This document shows positions 47,444-57,191 of a stretch of 64,000 nt of DNA, piece by piece. The notes beneath the pieces are model-generated. The model did not search any database. It was not told the DNA's origin and was given only the letters and a program-made list of their open reading frames with translations. The translations under genes were made by a program, and so were the position numbers. Numbering within the stretch: the first letter of the stretch is position 1; every line of letters starts with the position of its first letter. The stretch spans positions 35,292-99,291 of the forward strand of contig JAFVRO010000022.1 in the NCBI GenBank assembly GCA_017504205.1, read 5' to 3'. This DNA is from Clostridia bacterium (GTDB lineage: Bacteria; Bacillota; Clostridia; Oscillospirales; CAG-272).

Positions 47444-48004
47444 ATGAGAACATCACCCATAGGCGGCAAGGATAATGTAAAGATTTATATCCTTTATTTA
47501 ATGAACAACATTGGATACCCACTTGACAGCGTAATGATAAACGATATCGTTCTGCAGGCAGGTTATGTAGTATTTCTCGATTTTGCCGAATGCTTCAATG
47601 AACTGATCGACGGAGACCTCATTGAGGTGGCATATACGGAAAAGGACATCGACTACTATCAGGTAACCTCTAAGGGACGACTCGTCGCTGAGGAGCTGAA
47701 GGGTGACGTCATATATTCCGTTCTTGAGCAAAGTCTTGAGGAGGCACTCAGATATATCGATTTCCAGAAGCGTAAGGTCGAAACCGGTTGCACTATCGAA
47801 AGACTCGGCGACGGAAGCTATAACGTTACAGTTTTCCTCAAAGAACGTCAGAAGACTATAATGCAAAGCTCCATAGTAGTAGATAGCAGGATCAGAGCAG
47901 AGAAGTTCAAGCGAAACTTCTCGGAACGCCCCGACGTAATCTACCGCGGCATTTGTGCCTTGCTTGCAGGAAATGTAAATTACCTTTTTGATAAGCATAT
48001 GTGA
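47444..48004 (+). CDS. DUF4364-like protein (putative winged-helix regulator)
   Basis: The N-terminal KIYILYLMNNIGYPLD... pattern resembles DUF4364 proteins of Clostridia. Assignment is from memory. Confidence 0.45.
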   Translation: MRTSPIGGKDNVKIYILYLMNNIGYPLDSVMINDIVLQAGYVVFLDFAECFNELIDGDLIEVAYTEKDIDYYQVTSKGRLVAEELKGDVIYSVLEQSLEEALRYIDFQKRKVETGCTIERLGDGSYNVTVFLKERQKTIMQSSIVVDSRIRAEKFKRNFSERPDVIYRGICALLAGNVNYLFDKHM

Positions 48005-48013
48005 TCTGAATGT

Positions 48014-48043
48014 ACAAAACCCGTCCGACAGGACGGGTTTTGT
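48014..48043 (+). terminator. Rho-independent terminator
   Basis: acaaaacccgtcc-gaca-ggacgggttttgt. Confidence 0.8.
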
Positions 48044-48160
48044 ATATTTATATTAGTTGTGCATTTATACGAAATTTTGTCAAAATCACGCAAAACAATT
48101 GTGCAAATCAGCTCAAAACACAAAATAACCAATAAAAATATATGTAATCAAAATGATGTA

Positions 48161-48180
48161 TTTTGACAATATTGTCAAAA
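48161..48180. promoter_or_regulatory. Perfect 20-bp palindrome TTTTGACAATATTGTCAAAA (candidate operator)
   Basis: Read directly from the sequence. A related 13-bp palindrome ATTTTGTCAAAAT lies at 48074-48086. Both are upstream of the sigma-factor promoter (TTGACA 48228-48233, TATAAT 48250-48255). Confidence 0.4.
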
Positions 48181-48328
48181 ATGCGCTAATATAACAGATC
48201 GTGTTTGATATTTTTAACAAATTCCTATTGACAAAGTTTATTTGTATGATATAATTAACTTAGTTTATTGTAAATATTGTACGCATAACCGTCAATAATC
48301 AATAGTATTTCTCCCGAAAGGTATAGTA

Positions 48329-49027
48329 ATGGGCAATCAACCGAAAAACAATCCGACAGAGCTTATCGATCATCATGAAACAAGCGGACAAGAATCCGAA
48401 ATTCGTTCCATAGTTCTTGATGTTAAAGAGAATGATCAGGATTCGTTCTCAAGGCTTCTGGATATGTTTGAGCCCCTTATCCTTTCACTTGTAAATCAAT
48501 ACGGTACCGATCTCTCCGTTGAGGATAAAGAAGAGCTTGAGTGTGAAGCATCTCTTGGCCTTTACAATGCCGCGCTCAGCTATGATTGTGACCAGGATGA
48601 GGTTGGCTTTGGTCTGTACGCAAAGATCTGCATAAAAAACCGCCTTGCCACTGCTTGCCGTGTCTATCGAAAAAGAGATAAGATCAGAACAGTTTCCATA
48701 GAGGGGATCGATGCCGATGAGCAGGAGCGTATGCTCCCCGGCTCAAGATCGGATGAAAACCCTGCAGATTCAATAATTGCCGAGGAAAGCCTTGAGAGAT
48801 TGAAATACGCAATCAATAAGCTCCTTTCTCCTTATGAGAGCAGGATCTGGTGGATGTACGTTTCAGGACTTTCTGCCAAGGAGATCGCAGCAAGAGAATG
48901 TGCCGAATGTAACGGTCTTCCTGATACCAGAATGATACGTTCCGTCAACAACGCTCTGTACCGTATCCGTACAAAGCTGAAGCTTTCACTTTCCGACAGG
49001 ATGGATGACAGCTCCCACACAACTTGA
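48329..49027 (+). CDS. Sigma-70 family RNA polymerase sigma factor
   Basis: Region-2-like LGLYNAALSYD...YAKICIKNRL and region-4 HTH MYVSGLSAKEIA. Confidence 0.65.
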   Translation: MGNQPKNNPTELIDHHETSGQESEIRSIVLDVKENDQDSFSRLLDMFEPLILSLVNQYGTDLSVEDKEELECEASLGLYNAALSYDCDQDEVGFGLYAKICIKNRLATACRVYRKRDKIRTVSIEGIDADEQERMLPGSRSDENPADSIIAEESLERLKYAINKLLSPYESRIWWMYVSGLSAKEIAARECAECNGLPDTRMIRSVNNALYRIRTKLKLSLSDRMDDSSHTT

Positions 49028-49106
49028 TTATATGCTTTCCGTCGTTCGCGGATCGGGCGCGGGGCTATAATATATTTACTCAATCAATAAAAAGCGAGGT
49101 AAAATC

Positions 49107-49451
49107 ATGTACGAAGAAGAAAAAATCGAAGGAACCGCTGAAGTTGAGGTTGAAGCAGAGGTTGAAACTCTGGAAGATATCGCTTTAGTTTGCAGAACCT
49201 GTGGAAAGGATTTCACCTTTACAGTAGGCGAACAGCTTTTCTATAAGGAAAAGGGCTTCAAGAACCAGCCCAAGGACTGCAAGGCTTGCCGTGATGCAAA
49301 AAAGAACGGCGGTCAGGCTCCCGTTGAACGTCAGTACTTCATCGCAACCTGCGCGGATTGTGGCGGCGAGGCTAAGCTCACATTCCAGCCCTCAAGCGAT
49401 AGACCTGTGTACTGCAGTGCTTGCTTCGAAGCAAGAAGATCAAAGAAATGA
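49107..49451 (+). CDS. Zinc-ribbon protein (two CxxC pairs, zf-trcl-like)
   Basis: CRTCGKDFTFTVGEQLFYKEKGF..CKAC and CADCG...CSAC motifs. Acidic N-terminal tail. Confidence 0.55.
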   Translation: MYEEEKIEGTAEVEVEAEVETLEDIALVCRTCGKDFTFTVGEQLFYKEKGFKNQPKDCKACRDAKKNGGQAPVERQYFIATCADCGGEAKLTFQPSSDRPVYCSACFEARRSKK

Positions 49452-49546
49452 TTATTCTGAGATCGCGCTGATATCGGTATCATTATTGAATCGCTGGGAC
49501 GCTTTTGCTAACATATTATTGAATAATTGATATAGATTTACGGTCG

Positions 49547-49582
49547 AAAAACCACCCGTTGCTTTCAACGGGTGGTTTTTTT
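49547..49582. terminator. Bidirectional hairpin terminator
   Basis: aaaaaccacccgtt-gctttc-aacgggtggttttttt. Confidence 0.8.
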
Positions 49583-50348
49583 AGAAATATACGGCTGATT
49601 CTTCTGTTGCTTCGTCGATAACTACGTCTGCAGCAGATCTGATACCGCCGACAGTGTTCAATATCGGATGATATTTACCTCCCGATATGACGAAGTGCTC
49701 TGCGAGATATGCTCCCATCTTCGCGATCCAATTTTTCAGCTGATGCGTTGACTGTATGTCTTCAACTGAGGGTAACGGCGACGAATGTATGTGATTGTGC
49801 GCAAGTATAATGTTTTGCGTATTTTCATTCTTTAAAACATATGACGCTATCTTTCTCTCAGAGATCCTTGCCGAGCAGTTATCACCCTCATGAAGCAGTA
49901 CGCAATCAATTATGCGCATTTCACCGTCAAACAGAAGAAGGTATACTGTCTCTACTTCTGCGCAAAAGAACAGGTGCGTCAGTGACTCCCCGACCTCCTC
50001 CAGCGTTGCGGTCTTACCTACAATGCTCTCGGATAACCGCCTCTTTGCAATCTGTTGAAAGAGCGCCGAGATAAACTTAATATGAGTCGCAGAATTCTCC
50101 GATATACCCTCAATTTTTGTTAGCTCTGATATCGGAGCTGAAAATACACCTTGAAGATCCCCGAAACACTTGATCAATCTGTGTCCGATCTCGTTGGTGT
50201 TCTTTTGTGGAATTGAGTAGAAGAGCAACATCTCGAGTATTTCATGCGGCGCAAAGCTGTCAAGCCCCGCCTCAAGAAATCTCTCCTTCATTCTTTTTCT
50301 GTGTCCTGCGTGTAAGGGAACATCCTTTTTGATTTTTGTGTTGTCCAT
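49581..50348 (-). CDS. radC: RadC-like JAB/JAMM domain protein
   Basis: N-terminal GHRKRMKERFLEAGLDSFAPHEILEMLLF and C-terminal ILAHNHIHSSPLPSVED (HxH...S..D). Confidence 0.8.
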   Translation of the reverse strand: MDNTKIKKDVPLHAGHRKRMKERFLEAGLDSFAPHEILEMLLFYSIPQKNTNEIGHRLIKCFGDLQGVFSAPISELTKIEGISENSATHIKFISALFQQIAKRRLSESIVGKTATLEEVGESLTHLFFCAEVETVYLLLFDGEMRIIDCVLLHEGDNCSARISERKIASYVLKNENTQNIILAHNHIHSSPLPSVEDIQSTHQLKNWIAKMGAYLAEHFVISGGKYHPILNTVGGIRSAADVVIDEATEESAVYF

Positions 50349-50481
50349 AATGAAACCTACTTTTTTAGATTATTTATTGCTACCGGACTGTTGACAATAA
50401 GCGAAGTGTATGATATTATTATTGTAGTAAAGAAACTGTGTTAACCTCATAATTTTATCAATATGTCCGGATGTGCTCAAA

Positions 50482-51183
50482 ATGAAAAATAAAATTATTT
50501 GTATTTTACTGTTATTTTCAATGCTTTCGGTGTGCCTTTTGACCTCCTGCTCACGAGGAGAGCTTATAGACACCGTGATACCCGATAACTCAGATCTTAA
50601 GTTTGAACTGAGAGGAAACTCAAAACGTCTCACTAACATCACTGTCTATAAAAACGGAGAAAAGAAGGGAAGCTATAAGATCAAAAGTGAAAACTTCAGT
50701 GAGCTTGACGGCATCTCCGTCTTTGAGACGATAGACCTGAATTTTGACGGCCGACTTGATTTCCGTGTGGTATCCGACCTCACCAAAGAAAGCATATCGT
50801 ACCTTAACTTTATTTGCAATTCCGATGATACTTTCTATTCTCACAAAGACCTCGACGCTCTCGTCAATCCCACGGTCAATGCCGATGAAAAATGCATTAC
50901 CTCTACGTCGTATGTTAAGAGATTTGACAGCGCCATTACTTACGAAAACATCCCACGCACCTACTACGAGGTGTACTCAACACATAAATTCATATGGGAA
51001 CGGTTCGAACTCAAGGAGATCGCGCGCAACAGTGTTACATTCTATTCTGAAAGCACCATATATTGTGTAGGTACATATCGCATAGATTCCTACGGCGAGC
51101 TTTCTGCCGTCATTGAGGATTGGATGTCTCCGACAGAGGTAGAAGAAAAATACGGTTCGGACTTCTATCTCCCTATTGAATAA
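50482..51183 (+). CDS. Lipoprotein, unknown function
   Basis: Signal peptide plus lipobox LLTSC. A DLNFDGRLDF segment is reminiscent of FG-GAP/calcium-binding loops. Confidence 0.5.
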   Translation: MKNKIICILLLFSMLSVCLLTSCSRGELIDTVIPDNSDLKFELRGNSKRLTNITVYKNGEKKGSYKIKSENFSELDGISVFETIDLNFDGRLDFRVVSDLTKESISYLNFICNSDDTFYSHKDLDALVNPTVNADEKCITSTSYVKRFDSAITYENIPRTYYEVYSTHKFIWERFELKEIARNSVTFYSESTIYCVGTYRIDSYGELSAVIEDWMSPTEVEEKYGSDFYLPIE

Positions 51184-51196
51184 GTAAGGAGGGAGT

Positions 51197-51838
51197 ATGA
51201 CTGATATCAATTTGATGAATATGAAAAACGGAAAGCGTATCAGGCGTTTTGCCACCGTTAGATATGCAAAAAGAATTGTAGGACTTCTGATCTGGTATGT
51301 AATTTGGGGCGTCTCCATATATCAGTATGCCGCATATGATAACTATGTTCTCGATCTTAAATATCTTCTACTTTCTGTAGGAGTACTTGTGCTTGGATAT
51401 ATCCTATTCGGAATTCACGGTATCCTTATGGATAATTCCTACAAAGGACAAATAATCTCTGTGTCAGTGGCAAACGAGTTCACCATTTTCCGCGGCATAC
51501 CCGGTTGTAAAATGATGCCGTCAGATTATACGGTAATGACGCTGAAGATAAATACAGCAGATAAGGGAATACGTACACTTAAATTACCTCTGCACGAGGG
51601 CTATAATCTTTTGTTCCGTGAGAATGTTGAGATAATACATTATTTCGGGGTTCCGTTCCCAATTATACAGGAGAACGACAACGATGAAAATACACAGATC
51701 CGCGTGTGCTGTATCTGCGGAAAAGTCATCAAGGACAGGTGCGGCGATTGTCTTATAGGCATTGACCATGAGCTTGCGAGTGAAAATGACCTTTTGCACC
51801 TTGCGCGTATGCTCACCGGATCAGAACACAAGCATTAA
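51197..51838 (+). CDS. Membrane protein, unknown function, with C-terminal Cys cluster
   Basis: Two TM helices, then CCICGKVIKDRCGDC. 13-nt gap from the upstream lipoprotein gene. Confidence 0.5.
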   Translation: MTDINLMNMKNGKRIRRFATVRYAKRIVGLLIWYVIWGVSIYQYAAYDNYVLDLKYLLLSVGVLVLGYILFGIHGILMDNSYKGQIISVSVANEFTIFRGIPGCKMMPSDYTVMTLKINTADKGIRTLKLPLHEGYNLLFRENVEIIHYFGVPFPIIQENDNDENTQIRVCCICGKVIKDRCGDCLIGIDHELASENDLLHLARMLTGSEHKH

Positions 51839-51904
51839 CTGTTGACAAATCACAACCGGTGTTGTATAATAGTATATTAGAAGATATAAAGGAGGGCTTT
51901 GCGA

Positions 51905-52270
51905 ATGAGCTTGCAGGAATCAGGACAAATGTACCTTGAGGCGATCTTCGTTCTCTCAGGCACGCATAATTACGTAAGAAGCGTGGACGTCGGTGAGTAT
52001 CTCGGATACTCAAAGCCAAGCGTAAGCCGCGCCGTTGGACTGTTGAAGGACGGCGGATACGTCGTAACCAATGAATACGGCCACCTTGAATTGACGGAAA
52101 AGGGAAGACAGATCGCGCAGAAAACTTATGAAAGACATACAGTGCTTACAGAATTTTTCGTTTCCATCGGTGTTCCTAAGGATATAGCTACGGAGGACGC
52201 ATGTAAGATCGAGCACGATATAAGTAATGAGGCTTTTGAAGCACTTAAAAAGCATATGAACTCAAAGTAA
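51905..52270 (+). CDS. DtxR/MntR family metal-dependent transcriptional regulator
   Basis: MYLEAIF...VRSVDVGEYLGYSKPSVSRAVGLLKDGGYV wHTH plus the dimerisation helix HTVLTEFF. Promoter TTGACA-17-TATAAT lies upstream. Confidence 0.8.
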   Translation: MSLQESGQMYLEAIFVLSGTHNYVRSVDVGEYLGYSKPSVSRAVGLLKDGGYVVTNEYGHLELTEKGRQIAQKTYERHTVLTEFFVSIGVPKDIATEDACKIEHDISNEAFEALKKHMNSK

Positions 52271-52281
52271 CATTTTAGTGG

Positions 52282-52305
52282 GATGCGGCATCGCCGCATC
52301 TTTTT
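52282..52305. terminator. Hairpin terminator between convergent genes
   Basis: gatgcggc-atc-gccgcatc followed by TTTTT. Confidence 0.7.
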
Positions 52306-52308
52306 GTA

Positions 52309-52968
52309 TCAGTTGGATATCGGTTTGCGGAATATAAACTCCCACATATCCTTAGGCTCACCAAACCTTACGCTGTGCGTCAGCTCAAGCAGAATGCGCT
52401 CGTAATCACCGAAAAATTCGTCAAACTGCGCACGGTCAAACAAGCGTATGAAGCGATTTCCGCTCAGATAGAAATTGTCCTCAAGAGTTATTGCATGGTC
52501 TGCGATATACTTGTAAGCAAGACTTGAATTGACCGCTCCAATAAATATGCCACCGTCAACCAATACCCGAAGTATCTCCGCGCATAAACTCCTTGTATCC
52601 TTTCTGCTGAAATAATGAATTGAAAGACTTGCAACAACAATATCGAATGATTTGTCATCAAAAGGTAGTGGGGATGTCATATCAAGCGCAACCGTCTCAA
52701 TTTTCGGATTGCGACGCCTTAATTCACTAAGCGCTACTGTGGAAAGATCGGCACCAATAACACTAAACCCAAGCTCGGATAAATAATCGGAATTTTGTCC
52801 AATGCCGCACCCAAGATCAAGCGCGCGGCCGCTGAGTCCCTTCAGTACCGACTCGTGCCGCTTGATCCACATATCATCAAAGAGATCATTTCGCTCGGGC
52901 TGACTTAAGTGGCGCCCCCAGTATTCAGAATTCCAATCATATCCCATAGTTATAGCCTCCGCGTACAT
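52309..52968 (-). CDS. Class I SAM-dependent methyltransferase
   Basis: Motif I ALDLGCGIGQNS and post-I IGADLS. Confidence 0.75.
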   Translation of the reverse strand: MYAEAITMGYDWNSEYWGRHLSQPERNDLFDDMWIKRHESVLKGLSGRALDLGCGIGQNSDYLSELGFSVIGADLSTVALSELRRRNPKIETVALDMTSPLPFDDKSFDIVVASLSIHYFSRKDTRSLCAEILRVLVDGGIFIGAVNSSLAYKYIADHAITLEDNFYLSGNRFIRLFDRAQFDEFFGDYERILLELTHSVRFGEPKDMWEFIFRKPISN

Positions 52969-53171
52969 AGATAAGCTTGAATAACAACATAATATTATAT
53001 AATATATTTGTTAATATTTCTTCACCAATATGAAAAATATTGTAAAAATATCGGTTTATATGGGATAAAAAAGAAAATATTCAAAAAAAATAAATTTTTT
53101 TCTCTAAACAGTGGAAAAATTTATAGTTAGGTGGTATAATATAATCAAATAAATTATATGAGGTGAAGGAA

Positions 53172-54296
53172 ATGTCAAACTACATAAAGTATTCCTACAA
53201 ACAACTTGAAAAATTCTGCAACGACTGCTTCCAAAAGTTCGGTTTCTCTGAGGATGAAAGCCGCATTATCTCGGACGTGCTTCTGCTCTCCGACCTTTAC
53301 GGCATTGAGTCTCACGGTATGCAGAGACTTGCTCGCTACCATAAGGGGATTGAAAAAGGCCTTATCAAGATCGACGCCAAGCCCGAGGTAGTATTTGAAA
53401 CTCCCGTATCTGCGGTTATAGAGGGTAACGACGGTATGGGTCAGCTTATTGCACATAAAGCAATGAGCCTTGCAATCGAAAAGGCAAAAACCACCGGTAT
53501 GGCTATTGTTACCGTCCGTAACTCAAACCATTTCGGTATTGCCGGCTACTACGCAAAGATGGCTTGCGACGCAGGTCTTCTCGGTATGGCTATGACCAAT
53601 AGCGAAGCAATCATGGTTCCAACCTTCGGCAGACTTGCAATGCTCGGAAGTAACCCCATTGCTATCGCAATGCCCGCAGATCCCTACGATTTCTTCTTCG
53701 ATGCTTCAACCACCGTTGTAACCCGCGGAAAACTCGAAATCTATAATAAGCTCGGCAAGCCTCTTCCCGAAGGATGGGCTCTCGACGCAAACGGCCATGG
53801 CTCAACTGACGCTAAGGACGTTCTTGCTAACATCGTCGCAAAGAAGGGCGGCGGTATTATGCCTCTCGGCGGCGAAACCGAACAGCTCGGCGGTCATAAG
53901 GGCTACGGCTACGGTATGTTCTGCGAGCTCTTCTGCTCTATTATTTCAATGGGTCTTACCTCCAACCATACCCACGTTGGCGGCAAGGGCGGTACCTGCC
54001 ACGGCTTCATTGCTGTTGATCCCAAGATCTTCGGTGATCCCGCAGCGATCAAAGAGCACCTCTCCACCTTCTTGCGCGAGCTTCGTGAATCTCCTAAGTC
54101 CGAGGGCGCAACCAGAATCTACACCCACGGCGAAAAGGAAATCATCGCAAAGGCAGACAGACTTGAGAACGGCATCAACGTCAATATCAATACCGTTGCT
54201 GAAATGTTCGAAATGTGCAAATATGTCGGACTTAACCCCGTCGATTACCTCGGCGACGTTAAATTCGAAAACGCAGCACAGAGCTCATATAAATAA
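53172..54296 (+). CDS. Ldh family oxidoreductase (malate/L-lactate dehydrogenase family 2)
   Basis: GIESHGMQRL, NSNHFGIAGYY and GGHKGYGYGM blocks. Start at the ATG behind RBS gaggtgaagg. Confidence 0.75.
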   Translation: MSNYIKYSYKQLEKFCNDCFQKFGFSEDESRIISDVLLLSDLYGIESHGMQRLARYHKGIEKGLIKIDAKPEVVFETPVSAVIEGNDGMGQLIAHKAMSLAIEKAKTTGMAIVTVRNSNHFGIAGYYAKMACDAGLLGMAMTNSEAIMVPTFGRLAMLGSNPIAIAMPADPYDFFFDASTTVVTRGKLEIYNKLGKPLPEGWALDANGHGSTDAKDVLANIVAKKGGGIMPLGGETEQLGGHKGYGYGMFCELFCSIISMGLTSNHTHVGGKGGTCHGFIAVDPKIFGDPAAIKEHLSTFLRELRESPKSEGATRIYTHGEKEIIAKADRLENGINVNINTVAEMFEMCKYVGLNPVDYLGDVKFENAAQSSYK

Positions 54297-54302
54297 TAAC
54301 TC

Positions 54303-54329
54303 AAAGCGCGCCCTCGGGCGCGCTTTTTA
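54303..54329 (+). terminator. Rho-independent terminator
   Basis: aaagcgcgccc-tcg-ggcgcgcttttt. Confidence 0.8.
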
Positions 54330-54428
54330 ATTTATTTGTTATTGATCCGTTTTTTTAGCAAAAAGTCTTGACAAATCAACTCTTTTGTGGTATTATATTT
54401 TCGTTGCAATTTTAGATTGCAGTTATAC

Positions 54429-54512
54429 GCGGGTATGGCGGAATTGGCAGACGCGCTAGATTCAGGTTCTAGTGAGGTTACCTTCGTGCAGGTTCAAGTC
54501 CTGTTACCCGCA
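54429..54512 (+). tRNA. tRNA-Leu (anticodon CAG)
   Basis: GCGGGTATGGCGGAATTGGCAGACGCG, anticodon stem-loop CTAGA-TTCAGGT-TCTAG, long variable arm, T-arm GGTTCAAGTCC. Promoter TTGACA-17-TATTAT lies upstream and a hairpin terminator downstream (about 54514-54552). Confidence 0.9.
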
Positions 54513-54710
54513 TAAAAAGCAGAACAGGAGCTTGCTCCTGTGCTGCTTTTTATATGATAAATGGTTACGCCGAACTTTCCTGCCGTAACTTGAAGATAGT
54601 ATGTTATGTATTTTTTGTGCTTGGCTTGAAACGGCCTCATCATTTTGTCTCATACTTGACAGTACTCCCACATTGTGATATAATGTAAAAAAACGGAGGA
54701 GATAACAGAA

Positions 54711-55481
54711 ATGTTTTTGCAATTGAATTTAAACTCAAAGCAATTGGGCAAGAAAACACAGGTTAACATTTTGCTGCCAAACAAAAATAAAAACCCCGAC
54801 CGCCCATATAAAGTATTATGGCTTTTGCATGGTCTCGGCGGCGACAATAATTCATGGATGAGAAACACAGGAATTGAGCGTTATGTGACAAAATTGCAGC
54901 TGGCTGTCATAATGCCGAACGTAGACCGAAGCTGGTATGCAAATACTTCCTACGGTATGAATTATTTTAACTATATCACAAATGAATTACCGCAACTGTG
55001 TTACAGTACTTTGAAGTGCTTGAGCGAAAAACGTGAGGATAATATAATCGTAGGCCTTTCCATGGGAGGCTATGGAGCACTGAAAGCGGCGCTTACATAT
55101 CCGGATCGGTACGGCTTCTGTGCTTCGCTTTCGGGGGCACTCGATGTTACGCGGAAGAAAAAATCCTGTAATCTGGATGAATGGAGAAGCCTTTTTGGAT
55201 TCAACATCGAAAGTCCATTAGAACTTGAAGGCGGTGAGAACGATCTGTTCGCGCTTGCCAACCAATGCAAAAAAGAGGATAAAACCTTTCCGGAAATCTA
55301 CATGTGGTGCGGACTTCAGGACGCTCTGCTTCAGGAAAATCACGAATTTGAACAGCTTTTGGCAGAGCTTGACGTTCCTCACATCTATAAGGAATCCAAA
55401 GGAGGTCACTCGTGGACCTGTTGGGATATTCAGATACAGGACGTTCTGAAATGGATATTCAAGGATCCGACATGTATCTAA
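54711..55481 (+). CDS. Alpha/beta hydrolase, putative esterase (esterase D / tributyrin esterase-like)
   Basis: VLWLLHGLGGDNNSW and nucleophile elbow GLSMGGYGA. Confidence 0.7.
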   Translation: MFLQLNLNSKQLGKKTQVNILLPNKNKNPDRPYKVLWLLHGLGGDNNSWMRNTGIERYVTKLQLAVIMPNVDRSWYANTSYGMNYFNYITNELPQLCYSTLKCLSEKREDNIIVGLSMGGYGALKAALTYPDRYGFCASLSGALDVTRKKKSCNLDEWRSLFGFNIESPLELEGGENDLFALANQCKKEDKTFPEIYMWCGLQDALLQENHEFEQLLAELDVPHIYKESKGGHSWTCWDIQIQDVLKWIFKDPTCI

Positions 55482-55562
55482 TCTCTTAATAAAAAACGTC
55501 GCAGCTTTTGGATTTAGCCGCGACGTTTTTATTTTTCTCGGTAATTATTACCCAAGGTAACT

Positions 55563-56867
55563 CTATTTCACAAATCCTCTCTCTTCAATACGCGCCTTCA
55601 GAACATCAACGGGAAGGGAACAGACCGCCGCACCGCTCTCACAGTGCAGAGCTGCCATAATGCCCGCCGCCTCACCGATGCTCATCACAGTCGCCTGAAC
55701 TCTCAGAGACGCAAACGGCTCGCGCTCCGCTGAAATACAACGTCCCGCCGCAATCAGATTGTCATATCCGTACGCAACCATAGCGTCGTGCGGAACGTAA
55801 CAATCACGCTTCAATACTGTCAGACTTTGTGATGCACTGCTTGCGGAATGAATGTCCATCGGATGCGCACAGTGTGCCACGGGACATTCGGGAACAGTAC
55901 CGTCGATAAAGTCTTTAAATGTCATCGTGCGCACGCCTTTGATGTGCCTGCTCTCGCGTATACCGGCACTTACTGCGGATGCCACAAGCTCACAGCTTTT
56001 GAATTCATCGTATCTGTTTCTGAGCAATTCCACAATGCGGAGCATATCCTCACGCAATCTTCTTTCGGCGCTTGACAGCGCCGCCCTGTCGGTCGCATCG
56101 CATTCCGTACGCGTTACATTCACTGCAACGGAAGTTCCCGTAAGGATAGTGTTGAACCACGGGCCTCCGAATTTTGGGGCGCACTCCTTTTCTAACTCTC
56201 CCATAAGGTATGCCCTTATCTCCTCGTTGCACGAAGCTCCGCTTTTTCCGTCGTGATGAATACAATTACGAAGAAGCGGTGTATCCGTTTTGACACCGCT
56301 GAGAATGAAGCATAGCGACATTGGCTGGCACTCACCGCTTTGCGCAAGCATAGGCACACCGGCAATATAACAGAGATCTCCGTCTCCCGTAGCATCTATA
56401 AAACACTTACCGGCTATAGCCTCAATTCCGCTCTTGCTTACGATAACTGCATGCGTCAGATGTCGGTCAGACATTACACAGTCAACCAGACTTGCATTGG
56501 TATACAGATCCACACCGCTTTGAACGACCATTCGCTCCGCGATATATTTGTATAATTCGGGATCAAACGAGACATTCCCCTTCGGGTATTCTATCTGTGC
56601 TCCTTTTACCGCGACCAATTGCTCAACAATCTCCCACGCAATTCCGTCAACAACGCGATCACCTTTGAAATGGAATCCGCTTATCGGAACAACGTAGCCC
56701 GCAGTTGCCGCGCCCCCTAAAAAACCGAAGCGCTCAATAAGTGCAACCCTTTTCCCGCATCGCGCGGCGGATATAGCCGCCACGATCCCCGCAGGGCCGC
56801 CTCCGCACACGATTACATCATATTCCCCGACCGTGGGTATACTTCTGTTGAATTTTACGCTTTTCAT
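55563..56867 (-). CDS. FAD-dependent oxidoreductase (PF12831-like)
   Basis: YDVIVCGGGPAGIVAAISAAR dinucleotide fold. Start trimmed to MKSVKFN behind RBS ggagag. Confidence 0.7.
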   Translation of the reverse strand: MKSVKFNRSIPTVGEYDVIVCGGGPAGIVAAISAARCGKRVALIERFGFLGGAATAGYVVPISGFHFKGDRVVDGIAWEIVEQLVAVKGAQIEYPKGNVSFDPELYKYIAERMVVQSGVDLYTNASLVDCVMSDRHLTHAVIVSKSGIEAIAGKCFIDATGDGDLCYIAGVPMLAQSGECQPMSLCFILSGVKTDTPLLRNCIHHDGKSGASCNEEIRAYLMGELEKECAPKFGGPWFNTILTGTSVAVNVTRTECDATDRAALSSAERRLREDMLRIVELLRNRYDEFKSCELVASAVSAGIRESRHIKGVRTMTFKDFIDGTVPECPVAHCAHPMDIHSASSASQSLTVLKRDCYVPHDAMVAYGYDNLIAAGRCISAEREPFASLRVQATVMSIGEAAGIMAALHCESGAAVCSLPVDVLKARIEERGFVK

Positions 56868-56990
56868 AACTGTATCTCTCCTATGACAACAACAGCATAA
56901 CGAGCATATATCTACCGTTGATATTATAACATAAATGACGGTTATTGTCAACGATCCGTTTTGCCATAGTGACATAGCACATCAGGCTCA

Positions 56991-57006
56991 GTTAGCACAG
57001 GCTAAC
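56991..57006. promoter_or_regulatory. Operator-like palindrome GTTAGC-acag-GCTAAC (site 1)
   Basis: Read directly from the sequence. About 90 bp upstream of the feoA -35. Confidence 0.45.
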
Positions 57007-57095
57007 ATTTTTGTATATATTTCTGTGTATAATAATTAAGCGAAAAACAACTATTTGTTCAGACATACGAATTTACGGAAACTTGCCAAAAACCG

Positions 57096-57124
57096 TTGAC
57101 ATTTATCGTCATCGGTAGTATAAT
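57096..57124 (+). promoter_or_regulatory. Consensus sigma-A promoter of the feo operon
   Basis: TTGACA, 17 nt, TATAAT. Confidence 0.65.
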
Positions 57125-57130
57125 ATACCA

Positions 57131-57150
57131 CGGTTAGCAAATGCTAACCG
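57131..57150. promoter_or_regulatory. Operator-like palindrome cgGTTAGC-aaat-GCTAACcg (site 2) at the predicted transcription start
   Basis: 9+2+9 inverted repeat beginning 7 nt after the -10. Confidence 0.5.
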
Positions 57151-57191
57151 ATTGCATTTCCAACGTAGAATGTTGGAGAAAGGAGACCTCG

